A DNA stretch of 64,000 nucleotides from Camelus ferus (taxonomy: Eukaryota): assembly GCF_009834535.1 (NCBI RefSeq), contig NC_045698.1, forward strand, positions 11,222,001-11,286,000. Direction: 5' to 3'. The position numbers and the translations under genes are program-made. The notes under the pieces were generated by a model. The model made no database searches, was not told the origin of the DNA, and saw only the letters and a program-made list of their open reading frames with translations. Shown here piece by piece: positions 49,316 through 62,667 of the stretch (position 1 is its first letter; the number at the start of each line of letters is the position of its first letter).

Positions 49316-49788
49316 TTTTTTTACATTTAAAAAATGCTTTATTAAAGAATAATTGATACAATACACCAAACATATTTCAAGTGTGTAATTTGATAAGTTT
49401 ACCTATGTATTCAGCCATGAAGCCATGAGACAGTCAATATAGTGGACACATTCTATCACCCTCAAAAGTTCATTATTTTATAATCCCTCCTTCCTGCCCC
49501 TGCCCAACTCACCATCCCCAAGTGACAGTTTATTTGCTTAGATGGAATCCCGTAGTATTTACTCTTCTTTTGTCAGCGTCTTTCATTCAGTGTGATCATG
49601 TTGAGATTCATCCATGTCACCGTGTGTCAATAATTTATTCCTTTTATTCCTGAGTAGTATTTCATTGTCCCACAAATTGTTCATCCATTTATCTGTTGTT
49701 GGACATTTGTATACTAATATTCGTAACAGCTTTAACAGTCCAAAAGTGAAAACCATCCAAATGTCCATCAACAGTGAATTAATGGCAT
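49316..49788 (-). mobile_element. L1MB-like 3' end with a short inverted (sense) 5' piece at ~49710-49788
   Basis: Antisense ttcattcagtgtgatcatgttgagattcatccatg...ttggacatttg switches to sense aacagcttt...aaaccatccaaatgtccatcaacagtgaat. Confidence 0.8.
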
Positions 49789-50355
49789 CTTTGAGTTGCT
49801 CCTGAGTCAATGGTTTCCAGACAAAGAGAATCTTGTGTACTCATGGGGAAGTAAATCCCCTCCTACACTTCACTGGAAGGAGGAGAGCATGGGCACCCAG
49901 CTGTGCCGTGGTTGTGTGATAGAAGGTCTGGTCCTACTGCCCCCTTGCCTTTGGATGGACCCAGGGCAATGGCAGAGCAAAAGATACTGGAAGCTAATAA
50001 GCTCAGTGCAGATCTTTGAACTCCTGGGGTCTTACATTTGCCTTATTCTTTTCCCATCTGGGGTGTTGACTCACTCTGATAATCAACACTTTGCATGGAC
50101 AGAAGGATATGCAAAGCTAATATGGGTCAGATAGTTTTTACCACAATCTGGACAAATTTCCTTATGTGGATATTTGACTTTGGAAAGTAATTTGCTCTTT
50201 TTGTTGCTCTCTTTTCATTAAGCCCTCATGTATATTACTATGCGTATACATATATTCCTACACTCATACATCAATTGATGCCCTCCTTTGGTACAGACCC
50301 CCATGATATGAAAACTATCTTATTTTTTTCTTGTTTTTTTTGCGTCTTTGAGTTG

Positions 50356-50649
50356 TTTTTTAAATGAGGTATATAACTGACATATAACATTATATTCATT
50401 TCAGATGTATCACGTAATGATTCAATAGTTGTACACATTGCAAAATGATCAACACAATAAGTCTAGTTAACCTTCGTTCTCATATATTGTTATACATTTT
50501 CCATCTGTGATGAGAACTTTTAAGATTTATTCTCTTAGCAACTTTCAAATATGCACCACAGTATTATTAACTCTCATCCCTATGCTGTACATTACATCCC
50601 CATGCTTTATTTTATCACTGGAAGTTTGTACCCTTCACCCATTTCGCCA
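50356..50649 (-). mobile_element. L1MA9-like 3' end
   Basis: tgtgatgagaacttttaagatttattctcttagcaactttcaaatatgc...tgctgtacattacatcccc...ctggaagtttgtaccc. Confidence 0.88.
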
Positions 50650-50964
50650 TTCTTAGATTGTTTTTTAAAAACAATCTTTATAACTTGATGTCCCCTTTGT
50701 AATGGGCTTATTTGGTTCAATTCTGTATGAAACTTTACAGATAGAAAGTTCTGTCCAATAACAAAATAACTTGGCTGCATGGTTCACTTGAAAATGACAA
50801 CATAGTTGTCTACCCTGTCTTTCAAACATGGGGTTTTGGCTTGTTTAGAGCTTGTTCTCTGTTCTAACACTCACCTGCAACAATTACTTCATTCCTTTCT
50901 GTTTCTAAGGAACTTTAAAATTTAAACTCTTGGAGGCAGGAGGGTAGAAGTGGGAGGAGAGGAG

Positions 50965-51150
50965 GTGTTAGAGACCATAATTAACCCACTAAGTTGTTGG
51001 GTAATGTGAACTCAACCTCTCCCAACATGCACTCTCTTCACTTGTAAAGTGAGGATAATAGTCCTTGTCTCACATCGAGTACAAATTAAGGTATCAGTGG
51101 GGTATGCTTACAAAGGTTATGTACAGAGTTAATTTTTTGAGCATTTGCAT
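50965..51150 (+). mobile_element. MIR fragment
   Basis: ctcttcacttgtaaagtgaggataatagt. Confidence 0.6.
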
Positions 51151-51169
51151 ATGACTTATGGTAGTAATA

Positions 51170-51392
51170 GTAATACTAATAATTAATACTTAATGAGTAA
51201 ATACTTCATGTCTAGAATTATGCTAGTTACTCCCAATTTAATCCTTGCAATACTTGAATGAGTTACCTTTATTATTACCCCATTTTACAGATGAAGAAAC
51301 TGAGACAAAGAGGTTAAGGATCTTGCCTAAGGTTGTACTGCTGGAAAGTGGTCAGCTTATGAATTGAACCCAGATAGTCTGGCTCCAGAACG
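51170..51392 (-). mobile_element. MIR (near full length)
   Basis: attattaccccattttacagatgaagaaactgagacaaagaggttaaggatcttgcctaagg...aattgaacccagatagtctggctccaga. Confidence 0.9.
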
Positions 51393-52144
51393 AGGAACTT
51401 GAAACAATGCCAAGGAATCGTTTTCACCAAGTTTAGTTGGAACCAGCCTTGAAAACTGTCTCAAATGCTGCCTCTGTGCTATGGCAGGGCTGAATAGATA
51501 CTCCTACATTAATGAAAATTAAACACTCCCTTTGGCTGATCTTATTCCTCAAATCATTTTCAGTTGTTTTGCAGCCTTGGAATTGCTGAAAATGTTTAAA
51601 TATCATATTGTTGATTTAACTTATTTTGTTGTTATGCAGCCCCCCCAAATTCTCTTTCTGTTTTAATGTTAATGGTGTATTACTGTGTGATACTGATGGA
51701 TGACTGTTGCCCTCACACGTTGAGACATGGACTGAGAGGCTCAGAGATTTAGATGGCGTTATGGTGAGTGCAGCTGACAATCCCCTGGTGAAAATATGAC
51801 TAAGTGACATCCCCAGAAAACTCAGGAGCCGGGGGTGGCTTGGTTAATTCTAGAATTCACTGAGGATTCATATCACATTTTGAGGAACTTCACTGGACAG
51901 AGGTAACTTGCACTATGTTTGTTGGTCCAAGTCACAAAACAACCGCAAATTTAGTCTGATCTTCAAGTATTAAGTACAAGTTAAAGTTCTCTGCTGCCAT
52001 TTCTGATAGCTCAGAGTCTTTGGAAGTCTTGTACTAAATTTGGTCGGATTAACTTCATGGGAACGAGATGACTTTCTGAAGAAAAGAATTCCAGTTTAGC
52101 TCTGTGACCTTATGATTACAAGAAAAGTGTCAATGATTAAGATT

Positions 52145-52320
52145 TTTTAGCACTTATAAATAAATTTCACAAGTAATTGTATTTGATCCTCCCAAATTCT
52201 TACGGTTTCAATAGGATAAGCATTATTATCTACATTTCCACTGTGAGAAGTAAGACTCAGAATAATCAAACCAATGAATGTTCCACTGTGGACTTAAACA
52301 CAAGCCTCAGACACCAAGCC
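52145..52320 (-). mobile_element. MIR fragment
   Basis: gtatttgatcctcc...gcattattatctacatttccactgtgagaagtaagactcaga. Confidence 0.5.
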
Positions 52321-52679
52321 TTCTTAAATGAAGGATCTCTTTTATTTATTGTTCTCTCTCAATACTTAGGGGCAACTGCCAATTTCCATGCTGTCTCATA
52401 ATATGTTACCTCCAAAATCCAAATGGTAGACCACAACAAATTCTAAAATCCAGAAGACAGAGAGGCCAAATGGCTAGAAAGCAATAGAGAAATGGAGCAC
52501 TGAAAAGGGAGCATTGAGGATGAATCTAGGGGTGGACGTAGTGAATTAATTAACTTAGTTTGCTCTTTCATGGTATTCCTTCTCAATACTGTATAGTGGG
52601 CAACGACAAAAATCCCAGAAAGAAGACCATTTTTAATGCAATTAGTTTTATTCCAGTGATAGAGGAGGAAGGACTAGAG

Positions 52680-52880
52680 GAGCATTTACATTTATTGGAG
52701 TAGTTTGCCACCTCACCGAATGCTGTATAAACGTTGCATTTCTTCATCTTTGCCACAACCCAAGTAGGCAGTGGTACCTGCATTCTACAGATGAATAAAC
52801 TTAGAATAAGAAGTGGAGGTAGGTTGCCTGAGCTCACGCAGCTTAGAGTTTCTATACCAGAACCTGAAACCAGAATGTCC
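52680..52880 (-). mobile_element. MIR
   Basis: ccacaacccaagtaggcag...cattctacagatgaataaac...ggttgcctgagctcacgcagct. Confidence 0.7.
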
Positions 52881-54611
52881 GTTGTTTCTACAGAGCATTC
52901 TGCTCTCTAGAGCCTAGATTAGAGTAAGCGCTGAAAATACCAGTGTGCAACAACACATGTGTGCTTACGACCAGCACACATTTTTAATGAAAATTTTTAT
53001 AAAGGAAATGTGAACACGAAGTGGATAGAGTGAATCAGCAGTGTTTGAATGTATACTTCACTGTCCTACTGTTAGCTGCTACTGAATTTAGTTTGCCTTG
53101 AACACATTGACTATTGATGTGACTATAATGTATACTGATACGTATTTTCACTAATACTTAAGTCATCCAAGAATTGAAGTTGTTTTTGTAGATCCTATGT
53201 GGTGCCTTCTTTAACACTGTGGCTTTTTGTTTTTTCTTTTTTAGCTTTTGTACTGGGGATGAGGGCACTTGTTTGTCAATGAACTCTCCATTTTTAAATC
53301 CAGGTGAAAGAATGTGTGTAAAACCTCCTGGGATGCAGAAAATGAAGAGATCTATAATGAGATACACATAAAAGGGCACTAGACTCTGGCTTTAGGCTCT
53401 CCATGAAGGATTTTCTCTAGTAACATGGCCATTTCTACGTTTTAAAATCTTTCGAACATTCCTGTGGTCATTGTTTTTATCCTGTCTGAACTTTAACTGT
53501 TCATTATTTACAGAGCCAAGTGCATCAGGCCCCAGGATGGCTCGAACCTGGCCAATTGAAGGGCCCACATTCCTGCAAGATAAGGTCTCAGTTACCAGCT
53601 TCCACATGCATTTACGTGAAGGTTATTTTTCCACTTGGGTTCCTTTAGCCACAGTAATTTTCCGTGTCTCCCATCCGCTAGCCTTATGCCCTGTTGCGGA
53701 CTTCTGTTGAACGATGAATACCAGCTGAAATGATCTTCCCTGGAAACTATGGAGGAATGACCACTTGAACTCAGACTCTGTAACTGTTTTATTGTCTCAG
53801 GCTGTGCTCATCAGAGTCTCAGCCAAGTCAATTTCAACTTTTTTGGGAGCCAGATTTTCTCTTACGCTTTTAGGAAAATGGCCATATTTTCATTTCCTTT
53901 CACGACATACTTACTTTCTTTTTATTGCAGTGCATGTATACTTTGACATTGGAAATCTAACAAGACTTTCTTATTGGTTGCTCAATTAGCATATTACTGG
54001 TTCAAGTCATTATGTAGACAAGTCTTATAGTTATAAAAGCTATATGTAGACCTGGGGAACAATAGAATAGCAAAGGAAAATTCATGTTATAAGGTCCTGA
54101 GAATAAAACAGAAGAAAAGAGGCTATCACATTTTGGCAGGATAACTCTAAGTTTACTGGTTAAACTTGTCTCCACTCTCCTGTTCATGTGCTTGAGCAGG
54201 TATTTATTTCTGGTAATGTAAAGACATCCAAAGGTGTTCTCATGGCTTGGCTTTTTAAATATTTATCTTACAAAGGTGTAACTGCAGCAGACTGCTGGGG
54301 TGTCATCTAGGCAAGACTACACAAAAAAAGATGCCAAATGGGTTGAACTCTGAGAGTCTGAGGTCAAATATTTATAGGTTCTACTTAGCCCTCTGTAATC
54401 TTCTTCTCCCTGTGTGCTTCCACTTTGTGCAAAGTTGGGACCACTTCATTCCTCCCTGTAGCATTAGCTTGACGTGGTCTCCAGGGCCAATCTTGACTTT
54501 GGCCAGAAGGCTTTAAGGAGCTGCAACAGAGTTCTTTGGGCTTTCACCAAATGGCACCTATTTTTATCTGGTCCTGACCTTGTTTCCAGGCGTGAGAAGT
54601 GGCCTGCTGCC

Positions 54612-56060
54612 TGATTCCAAGACTGAAAAGCCACAGGAAAGAAGACAGTGTATGTTAATATAAAGGCAGGCAAATAGATCAGTAGAACAGAAAAAAGTCT
54701 AGAAATACAAGTAGAAAAAAGTCTTTAAAAGTCTACAAAATTGATTTTTGAGAAATGTGCAAAGCCAGTTAATTCAATGAAGAAAGGATAATCTTTATGA
54801 CAAATGATACTGAAACATTTGGACAGTTATGTGCAACAAAATTAATTCCAACCGTTACTTCATTCTATATATAAACAATAACTCAAAATGGATTGTAGAC
54901 CAAAATTGAAGACTTAAGACAAACAAACAGACAAAACAAAACTTTTAAAAGAGAACACAGGAGAAAATCTTAGTGACCTTGGGTTTGCCAAGACTTATTA
55001 ATAAGAAACAAAAAGCCTAAATGACAAAAGAAAAAAAATCAATACATTAGATTTTATTAAACTTAAAACATTTTGCTTTTGAAAAGCCGTTATTAAGGAA
55101 AAAATGCAGGGCACAGACTGGACATAGATATTTGCAATGTATAGATCTAACGAGGACTTGATTCTGGAATATATAAAGAATTATAACTCAATAATAAAAA
55201 GATCAACCCCCCCCCCAAAATGGGCAAAACATTTGAACAGACATTTTACTAAAGAAGATGGGTGAGAATCAAAAAGTTACATGAGGAAATGCTCAGTATC
55301 ACCAATCATTAGAGAAATGCTAATTAAAACTGCAGTGAGTCATCACTACAGACCTCTTAGAGTGGCTAAAATTAAAAAGTTTAAAAGGACTGATATATGA
55401 AGTACAGGTGAGGGTGTAGAACAAATGTTAACGTTCACTGCTGAGGGGAATGTACAACGGTATATAGCCAATTTAGAAAACAATTTAATAGTTTCTTAAG
55501 AAGTTAAACGTACTCCTACCGTGCAATCCAGCCATTCTACTTTTAAGTACTTGTCCAACATAAATGAAGTATAAGTTCCATACAAAGGCTTGTGCACAAA
55601 TGTTCATAGCTGCTTTATTTATAATAGCACAGAGCTGGAAATAACCCAAATGTTCATCAATAGTTTGGTGGACAAATTGTGAAATATCCATACAGTGGAA
55701 AACTATTCAAGAAAAATAAACTATTGATGCGTGCACCAACATGGATGGATCTCAAAATAATCATACTGAGAGAAAGAAACCAGACAATAACATACTCTAT
55801 AAAGTTCTAGAAAATATTAACTAATCTTAGTGACCAAAAACAGATCGTTGATTGCCTGGGGACACTGAGATGTGGGGAGAGGGGAGATAAAGATTGCCAA
55901 GAGGCACAAGGAAACTTTGGCAGGTGATGGTTATGTTCATTTACTGGACTGTGAGAATGATTTCAAAGATGTATATGTGTGTTAAAGCTCAGCAGCCTGT
56001 ACATGTTAAATATTTGTCTTTTATTGTACATCAGCTATACCTCCATTAAGTGAACTAAAA
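54612..56060 (+). mobile_element. L1MB-like ORF2 3' part and 3'UTR (~1.45 kb, degenerate)
   Basis: aactcaaaatggattgtagacc; aaaatgggcaaaacatttgaacagacattttactaaagaagat; cacaaatgttcatagctgctttatttataatagc; ggtgatggttatgttcattt; ttattgtacatcagctatacctc. Confidence 0.9.
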
Positions 56061-59000
56061 ATTCATTTAACTCTAATGTAAGTGCTAACGTATCCTACTA
56101 AAGAAAGTTAAAAGGAAGTGGACTGTGATCCCCTTTCTACCTGGCATCTCATTTCTAAGAAATGTGCTCTCCAAGCCTGAGATCCTGTCTCAGCATTGTG
56201 TCTGGTACCTATTAACTCTAGGACCTGCTTCGGTCTTTCCCCCAGTTTAATGGTCTATACGTTCTTACAAATTTTCTCATGTCTGTCTGTTTCTATTTTT
56301 GAGTTTTGCCTACTACTGGATTCTTTCCAGCTGTGCTTTCTCTCCCCATTGGGCTATCCTGTTATTTCATATCTTGCTCTCATCAGCTCTGCCAGCATAC
56401 CTGACAGTATACTTTCGCCTTGCTCTCTGAAGTAATGTTTACCAGGCCACATTTTATTTCACTCATTGAACTTGAAATGCTCTCATTATTCATTGTGTCC
56501 CATCCTCAAACTTAGCCATCTTCAGTTGCTGAATCGTTTCCTGATACTGGCCCCTAAAGTCTGACTGGTTCTTTACGACACGGCTGTGGTCAGAATTTAA
56601 GAATATGTTGTAGTCATGCGCCGTTTTGCTAACTGGTGCTGGAATGTTGCAGCCCCATGCAAAATCTTTAAGTAGGGGAGGGTTAGTCTCTACAGCTTAA
56701 GTTTTCTTTTATATTTGATACTCAAGACCTAACCCAGACCTGAATTCTTGTTTCACAAGAATTATTATTGGGAATGGAACTTAGCATTTGTTTTATTTCC
56801 CTTTACTATTATAACTATATTTGCCTCCATTTCCCCTCATCTGTGTGCATTTCTTCTTTCTTTTACATCAGTCTGAAATCTAAATGCCAACACATCTTCT
56901 TTTCATAGTGGACTTGTCTACAAATCTTTTCATTTTACGTTTTGCTCTGTCCACCTTAGTACCCACGCGTATGCCTGTGTTTCTGTTTTCCCTTGTTCGG
57001 TCCTTGTTCGTGAGTCTCTCTCCTCTTTTGTTCACTTCTGATTTTCTCTAATTTCTTTGATTAGGATAAAAACACCTGCATCTTCAAATGGCTGGGTAAA
57101 AAGTGATAACTTATCTACTTCAGGTTAGCAAGTTTTTCTACGTGACCCGAATGTAGGGCTGCTTCTCTGAAGTACCGATTTCCTTGATAGCGAAGGAGTT
57201 TTGCCATCCTCTGACCAGCTCTTTTCTAGCCATGTAGACGCAGCCCTACTCGGAGACCACTCTGTGCAGCAGTCACTCCGGTAGCGTCTACGTTCCTTTT
57301 GGTCTTGTCTTCTCTCCCCCTTTCGATCACACTTCCTCGAGTGTAAAGGATTTGCTCAAGCCTTGGGCCAACAGCTCAGCCTCCTGCTTCATGAACAACT
57401 TTATAAGCCCGTTTCATTCTGGATTTGGAAGGTTGTGCTAATACCCACAGGAAAGAAATGCCTTAAGATTTCATTTAAATTTCAGTTTATCTGGAATTGC
57501 TGATAACCTTTATTCAGATTCCATTGTCAAAGATTTCTGACCCACGGGCTCAATTTCCCTGATAGGAATTACCTTTCTGGATGAGAAGGTTATCAAAATT
57601 TTCCAAGTAACTTTGCCTCTCACCCATCTGGTACAGTGTGTTGTAGGACTCCTTAGGCTCCTGAGGAACATAATTAAACTTCAAGAAGGTGTGCTGTGCA
57701 AGCTAATGGCAAATTAAAACAAAACAAAACAAACAAACACAAGATGAAACATGAAGCAGTTTCAACTTCTCCAAAGTGTCACCTCTAGTAGAAAAAGTTC
57801 ATGGGACTAAAAAAGTCTCATTTTACCCACGTGTCCTCACTGCCTTTACCTGCAGTGAGGGCATAGCTTCCTTTTGCGGGTTTTCTGCACAGAAGCTGCC
57901 AGAAATGACGTGGACCTTCAGTTCTCCTGACTTGGCATGACCAACCCCTTTTCACTTTTCCTCAGCGTGGTATCTATTTACAGAAACTTGCCCATTTACT
58001 GAAAACATGAATGATTTTGACTCGAACTCGGAAAACCAGTGAACGTCATTTAGCAGCACTGAACCTGTCAACACATGGGAGTGAGGTGTGTGGTCATGCA
58101 GATGTCCCGTGTACCTCACGTGAGTCACACACACCAAACAGTGAACTAATTAGACCTAAGTAAACTGGCTTTCATTCCCACGGACAGTGGGACCTTTCTC
58201 TATTTCTTAGAGAAGGGTTCATTTTTATTCTAAGGCGAGGGTCTGTAACTCCTTGGAATACCTCAGACTGGTTCTCAAATCAGGCCAGATGAAACTGGCA
58301 ATTCACAGATGGTACCTTGATGTGTCAGGGGTAGGGAATTTAATTAGGCTCATTTGCATCATTGAGAACGAAGGCTGGGAATCCATTTGTGCAAGGATGA
58401 AATTAAAAGAGAATCATCTGCCTCTTAATTCTATATATGAGGAAAATTTATAAAACAGCAACAAACCCCAGAACTGTTCTTTAGCAATCTGCTTACCACC
58501 AGCCATAAACTGGCTTTCTTATAGTTTGAAAGCCTGATGCATATTCAGGAGCTGTCTCTCTATTTTAATATTCTGGATGTCTATTACTTATAGCTCGTTT
58601 TTATCTTGAATTTAATACCTGAAGGATTCAAGGTTATTTAAAAGATTCAAAACCTCTAACTATTCCCGAAAGCTTTTAATTTCTCAGACAGAAAACTTCC
58701 TGATTAGAAAAACGGGCGCCTGCTTGGCTCCTTGGAACCCTGAACTATAAGAGATATTGCCTGAGATTTTTTGATGGCTTTTCTCTGTGTGTATTAGATA
58801 AATTTTAGAAGCCCAAGGCTTAGCATTTCACTTTTGATATTTTTAAAAAATGGCATCCTGTTTACATGCTAGAAAATTTCTCAGAATGTGGTTCAAATGG
58901 ATCTGACTGTGAGCTGAGGTACAGCTAATTGGGCATGGCATGTGTAGAGCACCTGGCTTCAGAAACACCCACGTTCCTGGTGTGGCTGTACTAAGATGGT

Positions 59001-59329
59001 TACTGATGTCAGCACACATTTTAGTGTGAGTCACATTTGAACATCCTGTGTCAATCAGTCCAAGTTGTGGAAACAAGCAGAGGCTATATTTCTTCATGTG
59101 GTACCAGAATTGATATGGAAATATAACTTCGACTAAATTAATTAGCATGTCCATACGTGCGGTATATAATCAGCAAAGAGGCTGCAGTAAAATGCCTTTA
59201 TAAACAGACTGTGGCTGGTCAGTGTGCCTGAAAGTTGTGGTTGCAGTGTGCCTGAGCTAGTTGTGTTTCCATGAATTCAGACATCCACCATTCCCCATGG
59301 TCTTGGGGGCACCACAGAGTCTACTTTTG

Positions 59330-59490
59330 AGACTTGGAATCTTGGAACATGGAAACTGAGAGAGACCTAAGTGCCTATTAGACCAACTCACTCATTTTAT
59401 AGACGTAGGAACTGTATTCCCAGAAGGTGAATGACTTACAAATCTGGCATCTCACAAAGCCTTGACCAAGACTCGGGTCATTTGACCGCG
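59330..59490 (-). mobile_element. MIR3-like fragment
   Basis: ccaactcactcattttatagacgtaggaactg...cccagaaggtgaatgacttac. Confidence 0.6.
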
Positions 59491-60979
59491 TCCTTTGCTG
59501 AAGCCAGTAACACTGTCAGTGTATCTGGAGTGCTCCGCTCTGTACAAAGTATGTTCCCATCACCAGGACTAAATGCTGTTCGAGCCCTTAATCTTGATGT
59601 TCAGAATCATTTTTGTGTAGAAGTGAGCTTATAATTCTTATTTTGCTCAAAATACTATAAACATTTTATAGAAAAAAAAACAACCTTTTTTGTTTATGTG
59701 CTTAGCCGAGTTTACAGTCATTTGGAAATTTTAGCTTTCGGTTTGCAGTAGAAACTAGAATTCTAGATTCTATATAGAGAAACAGATGGTTTCACAATAT
59801 ATGCTAAAGACTTAAATTTTTAGATCTAGTTAGAAATATATTTTGAGACATTGTAAATGGATAAGTTCATGTGAATCACATGTCAAATTGCAATATAACA
59901 TTGGTAAACAGTAAGGATGCACCTACACACACATATAGTTGTTATTATAGTAAAGAAAAATTGGAGCTGAACTGTAAACAATGAATATCTAATAGATGTG
60001 TCAAGTTTGAAAAAAATAGCAAATCTAGTGTATGGGACAATCAGTTTTAATTAGGAAACGGTCATGTGTCCCACCAAACTCATTTTATATAGAATTGTCA
60101 GTATTGAGCTCTCTGGGAATTGCTTACATGAAGGGTAGACTATACATTGTACATAGCAGAATCAGATGCAGTCAGAAAAACAGGCTAAAGTGACATTATA
60201 AAAATGGAAATGAGAAAGATCCCATTCGTAATCATGTGAGGAAAAAGCCATGAAATACCTAGGAATGAATTTAATGAGAAAGACTCTGTGAAGAGAACTA
60301 TAAAATTATATTGAAACATATAAAACAAAACCCAAATAAATGGAAACACAGACCAGGTTCTGGATAAGAAGGCAATATCATAAAAATGTCACTTCTTTTG
60401 AAATTAACATATAAATTTAACGTAGTCTCAATCAGAATAGTTTTTTCCTCTCTGGAACACGTAAGTGATCCTAAAGTGTATATGGAAGGATAAACACAGG
60501 AAGAATGCCAAGAAAACCTCGAAATGGAGCAACAGCAAAGGGGCTTGTCCTACTAGATATGAAAACTTAATATAAAGCTACTTTAAGCAAAGTGGTATAG
60601 TACTGGCCTGCAATAAACAAACAATTTTAGAGAACAAACAGAGGTCATTTAACATATAATTAAAGATGGCATTATAAATCAGTGAATAATTTATGTGTTA
60701 TTCAGTTAATAAAACTGAAAGAATTGGGTGTACTTTTGGAAGAGTTTACAATTTTATTCCTTCATCATTATATAATAACAAATTATAGATGAATGAAAAA
60801 TCTGAATGCTAAAAAGTAAGACCACAATAGTTTTGGAAAACACCAGAGAATATTTGTGTAATCATCATGTAGTGATTGTTTTTAAGCAAGACTAAAACCA
60901 TAAAAATATAAAGAAAAAAATGACACATTTGATTTCATGAAATTTAAAAACATATGTGAGGCAAAGACTTTTTAAAGTG

Positions 60980-61480
60980 TGTAGTGTAAAAGGTAGTGGA
61001 CATTTTAAATGTTTACTCACTGGCCACCAACTTTTAAATGTCATTCAGATGTTTGGGGAATTATCTCCTTTACAATTTATCCTTCTTAAAATAGAAGCCA
61101 GAAATCCAATTTCCCAGCCTCCCTTGCAGCTCTTGTTGAGACTGGCCTCCTGACTCAGATGCAGCCATTCTAATTTCGGATTCAGAAAAGCGAGATGTGG
61201 AGAAGGGGCCTCATGAAATTATGTTGAGAGCGTCAGAGAAGCATCCAGCTGTTGTCAGTGACATCTGTACATTGGGGCTTGGAAAGAGCAGGGTGTCTAA
61301 TGTAACAATGCAGCAGCTTAATTTGGACATTTCCCCTAGCTTTGTAGATCAGCTACAGAGATCAGTTGTTTGTTTCTTCTTGGAACTTCTGTGATCTATC
61401 TAATACTCTTTAATAAGTTATTTTTCAGCTAAAACCAGTAGGAGTGAATTGTGTTTGCAACCAAGAATTATGACTGAGTT
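60980..61480 (+). mobile_element. Old ERVL-type solo LTR (LTR16/LTR33-like)
   Basis: tttcccagcctcccttgcagct internal motif; terminal aataagttatttttcagctaaaaccag...gtttgcaaccaagaattatgactga. Confidence 0.65.
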
Positions 61481-61548
61481 ACTTCCAAAAAAGGTCAAAA
61501 GACAAATGATAGTCTGGGAGAACGTTACAAACCAAATAACAAAGGATC

Positions 61549-62667
61549 AAAAATATGTAAATGATGCACAGCAAAGGAAACCATAAATAAAACAAAACAA
61601 CAACCTATAGAATGGGAGAAAATTTTTGCAAACGATGAAACCGACAGAGGCTTGTTCTCCAGAATATATAAGCAGCTCATAGGACATAATAAGAAAAAAA
61701 CAAACAACCCAATCCAAAAATGGGCAGAAGACCTAAACAAGCAATTCTCCGAGGAAGACATACAAATGATCAATAGGCACGTGAAAAATGCTGAATATCA
61801 CTAATTATCAGAGAAATGCAAATCAAAACTACAATGAGGTATCACCTCATACCAGTCAGAATGGCCATCATTCAAAAGTNNNNNNNNNNNNNNNNNNNNN
61901 NNNNNNNNNNNNNNNNNNNNNNNNNNNNNNNNNNNNNNNNNNNNNNNNNNNNNNNNNNNNNNNNNNNNNNNNNNNNNNNNNNNNNNNNNNNNNNNNNNNN
62001 NNNNNNNTTACCATACGACCCAGGAATCCCACTCCTGGGCATATATCTGGAGGGAACTCTAATTGGAAAAGATACATGCACCCCAATGTTCAAAGCAGCA
62101 CTATTTACCATAGCTAAGACATGGAAACAGCCCAAATGTCCATCAACATATGACTGGATAAAGAAGATTTGGTATATTTATACAATGGAATACTATTCAG
62201 CCACAAAAAACCGACAACATAACGCCATTTGCAGCAGCATGGATGTTCCTGGAGAATGTCATTCTAAGTGAAGTAAGCCAGAAAGAGAAATAAAAATACC
62301 ATATGAGTTCTCTTATATGTGGAATCTAAAAACAAAACATAAATACAAAACAGAAACAGACTCATAGACATAGAACACAAACTTGTGGTTGCCAAGGGGG
62401 CAGGGAGGTGAGAAGGGACAGACTGGGATTTCAAAATTGTAGATACTGACAGGCATATGTAGAGTAGATAAACAAGATTATACTGTATAGCACAGGGAAA
62501 TATATACAAGATCTTGTGGTAGCTCACAGCAAAAAATAAAATATGACAATGAATATATATGTATGTTCATGTATAACTGAAAAATTGTGCTCTACACTGG
62601 AATTTGACACAACATTGTAAAATGACTATAAATCAATTAAAAAATCTTTAAAAAATATGTAAATGAT
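61549..62667 (+). mobile_element. Young 5'-truncated L1 (insert 61566-62650) with perfect 17-bp TSD
   Basis: ORF2 C-terminus [21 protein letters not shown]...PYDPGIPLLGIY...AALFTIAKTWKQPKCPS...YTMEYYSA (then frameshifted), 3'UTR and short A tail; TSD aaaaatatgtaaatgat at 61549-61565 and 62651-62667. Confidence 0.95.
61880..62007. other. N-run (128 nt) inside L1 ORF2
   Basis: Direct reading. Confidence 0.95.

Noticed and set aside
1488-62641. Idea that sense-oriented L1 polyA signals were selectively weakened to ATTAAA
   Set aside because: Antisense copies show the same variety of tail-adjacent hexamers, so there is no strand-specific pattern.
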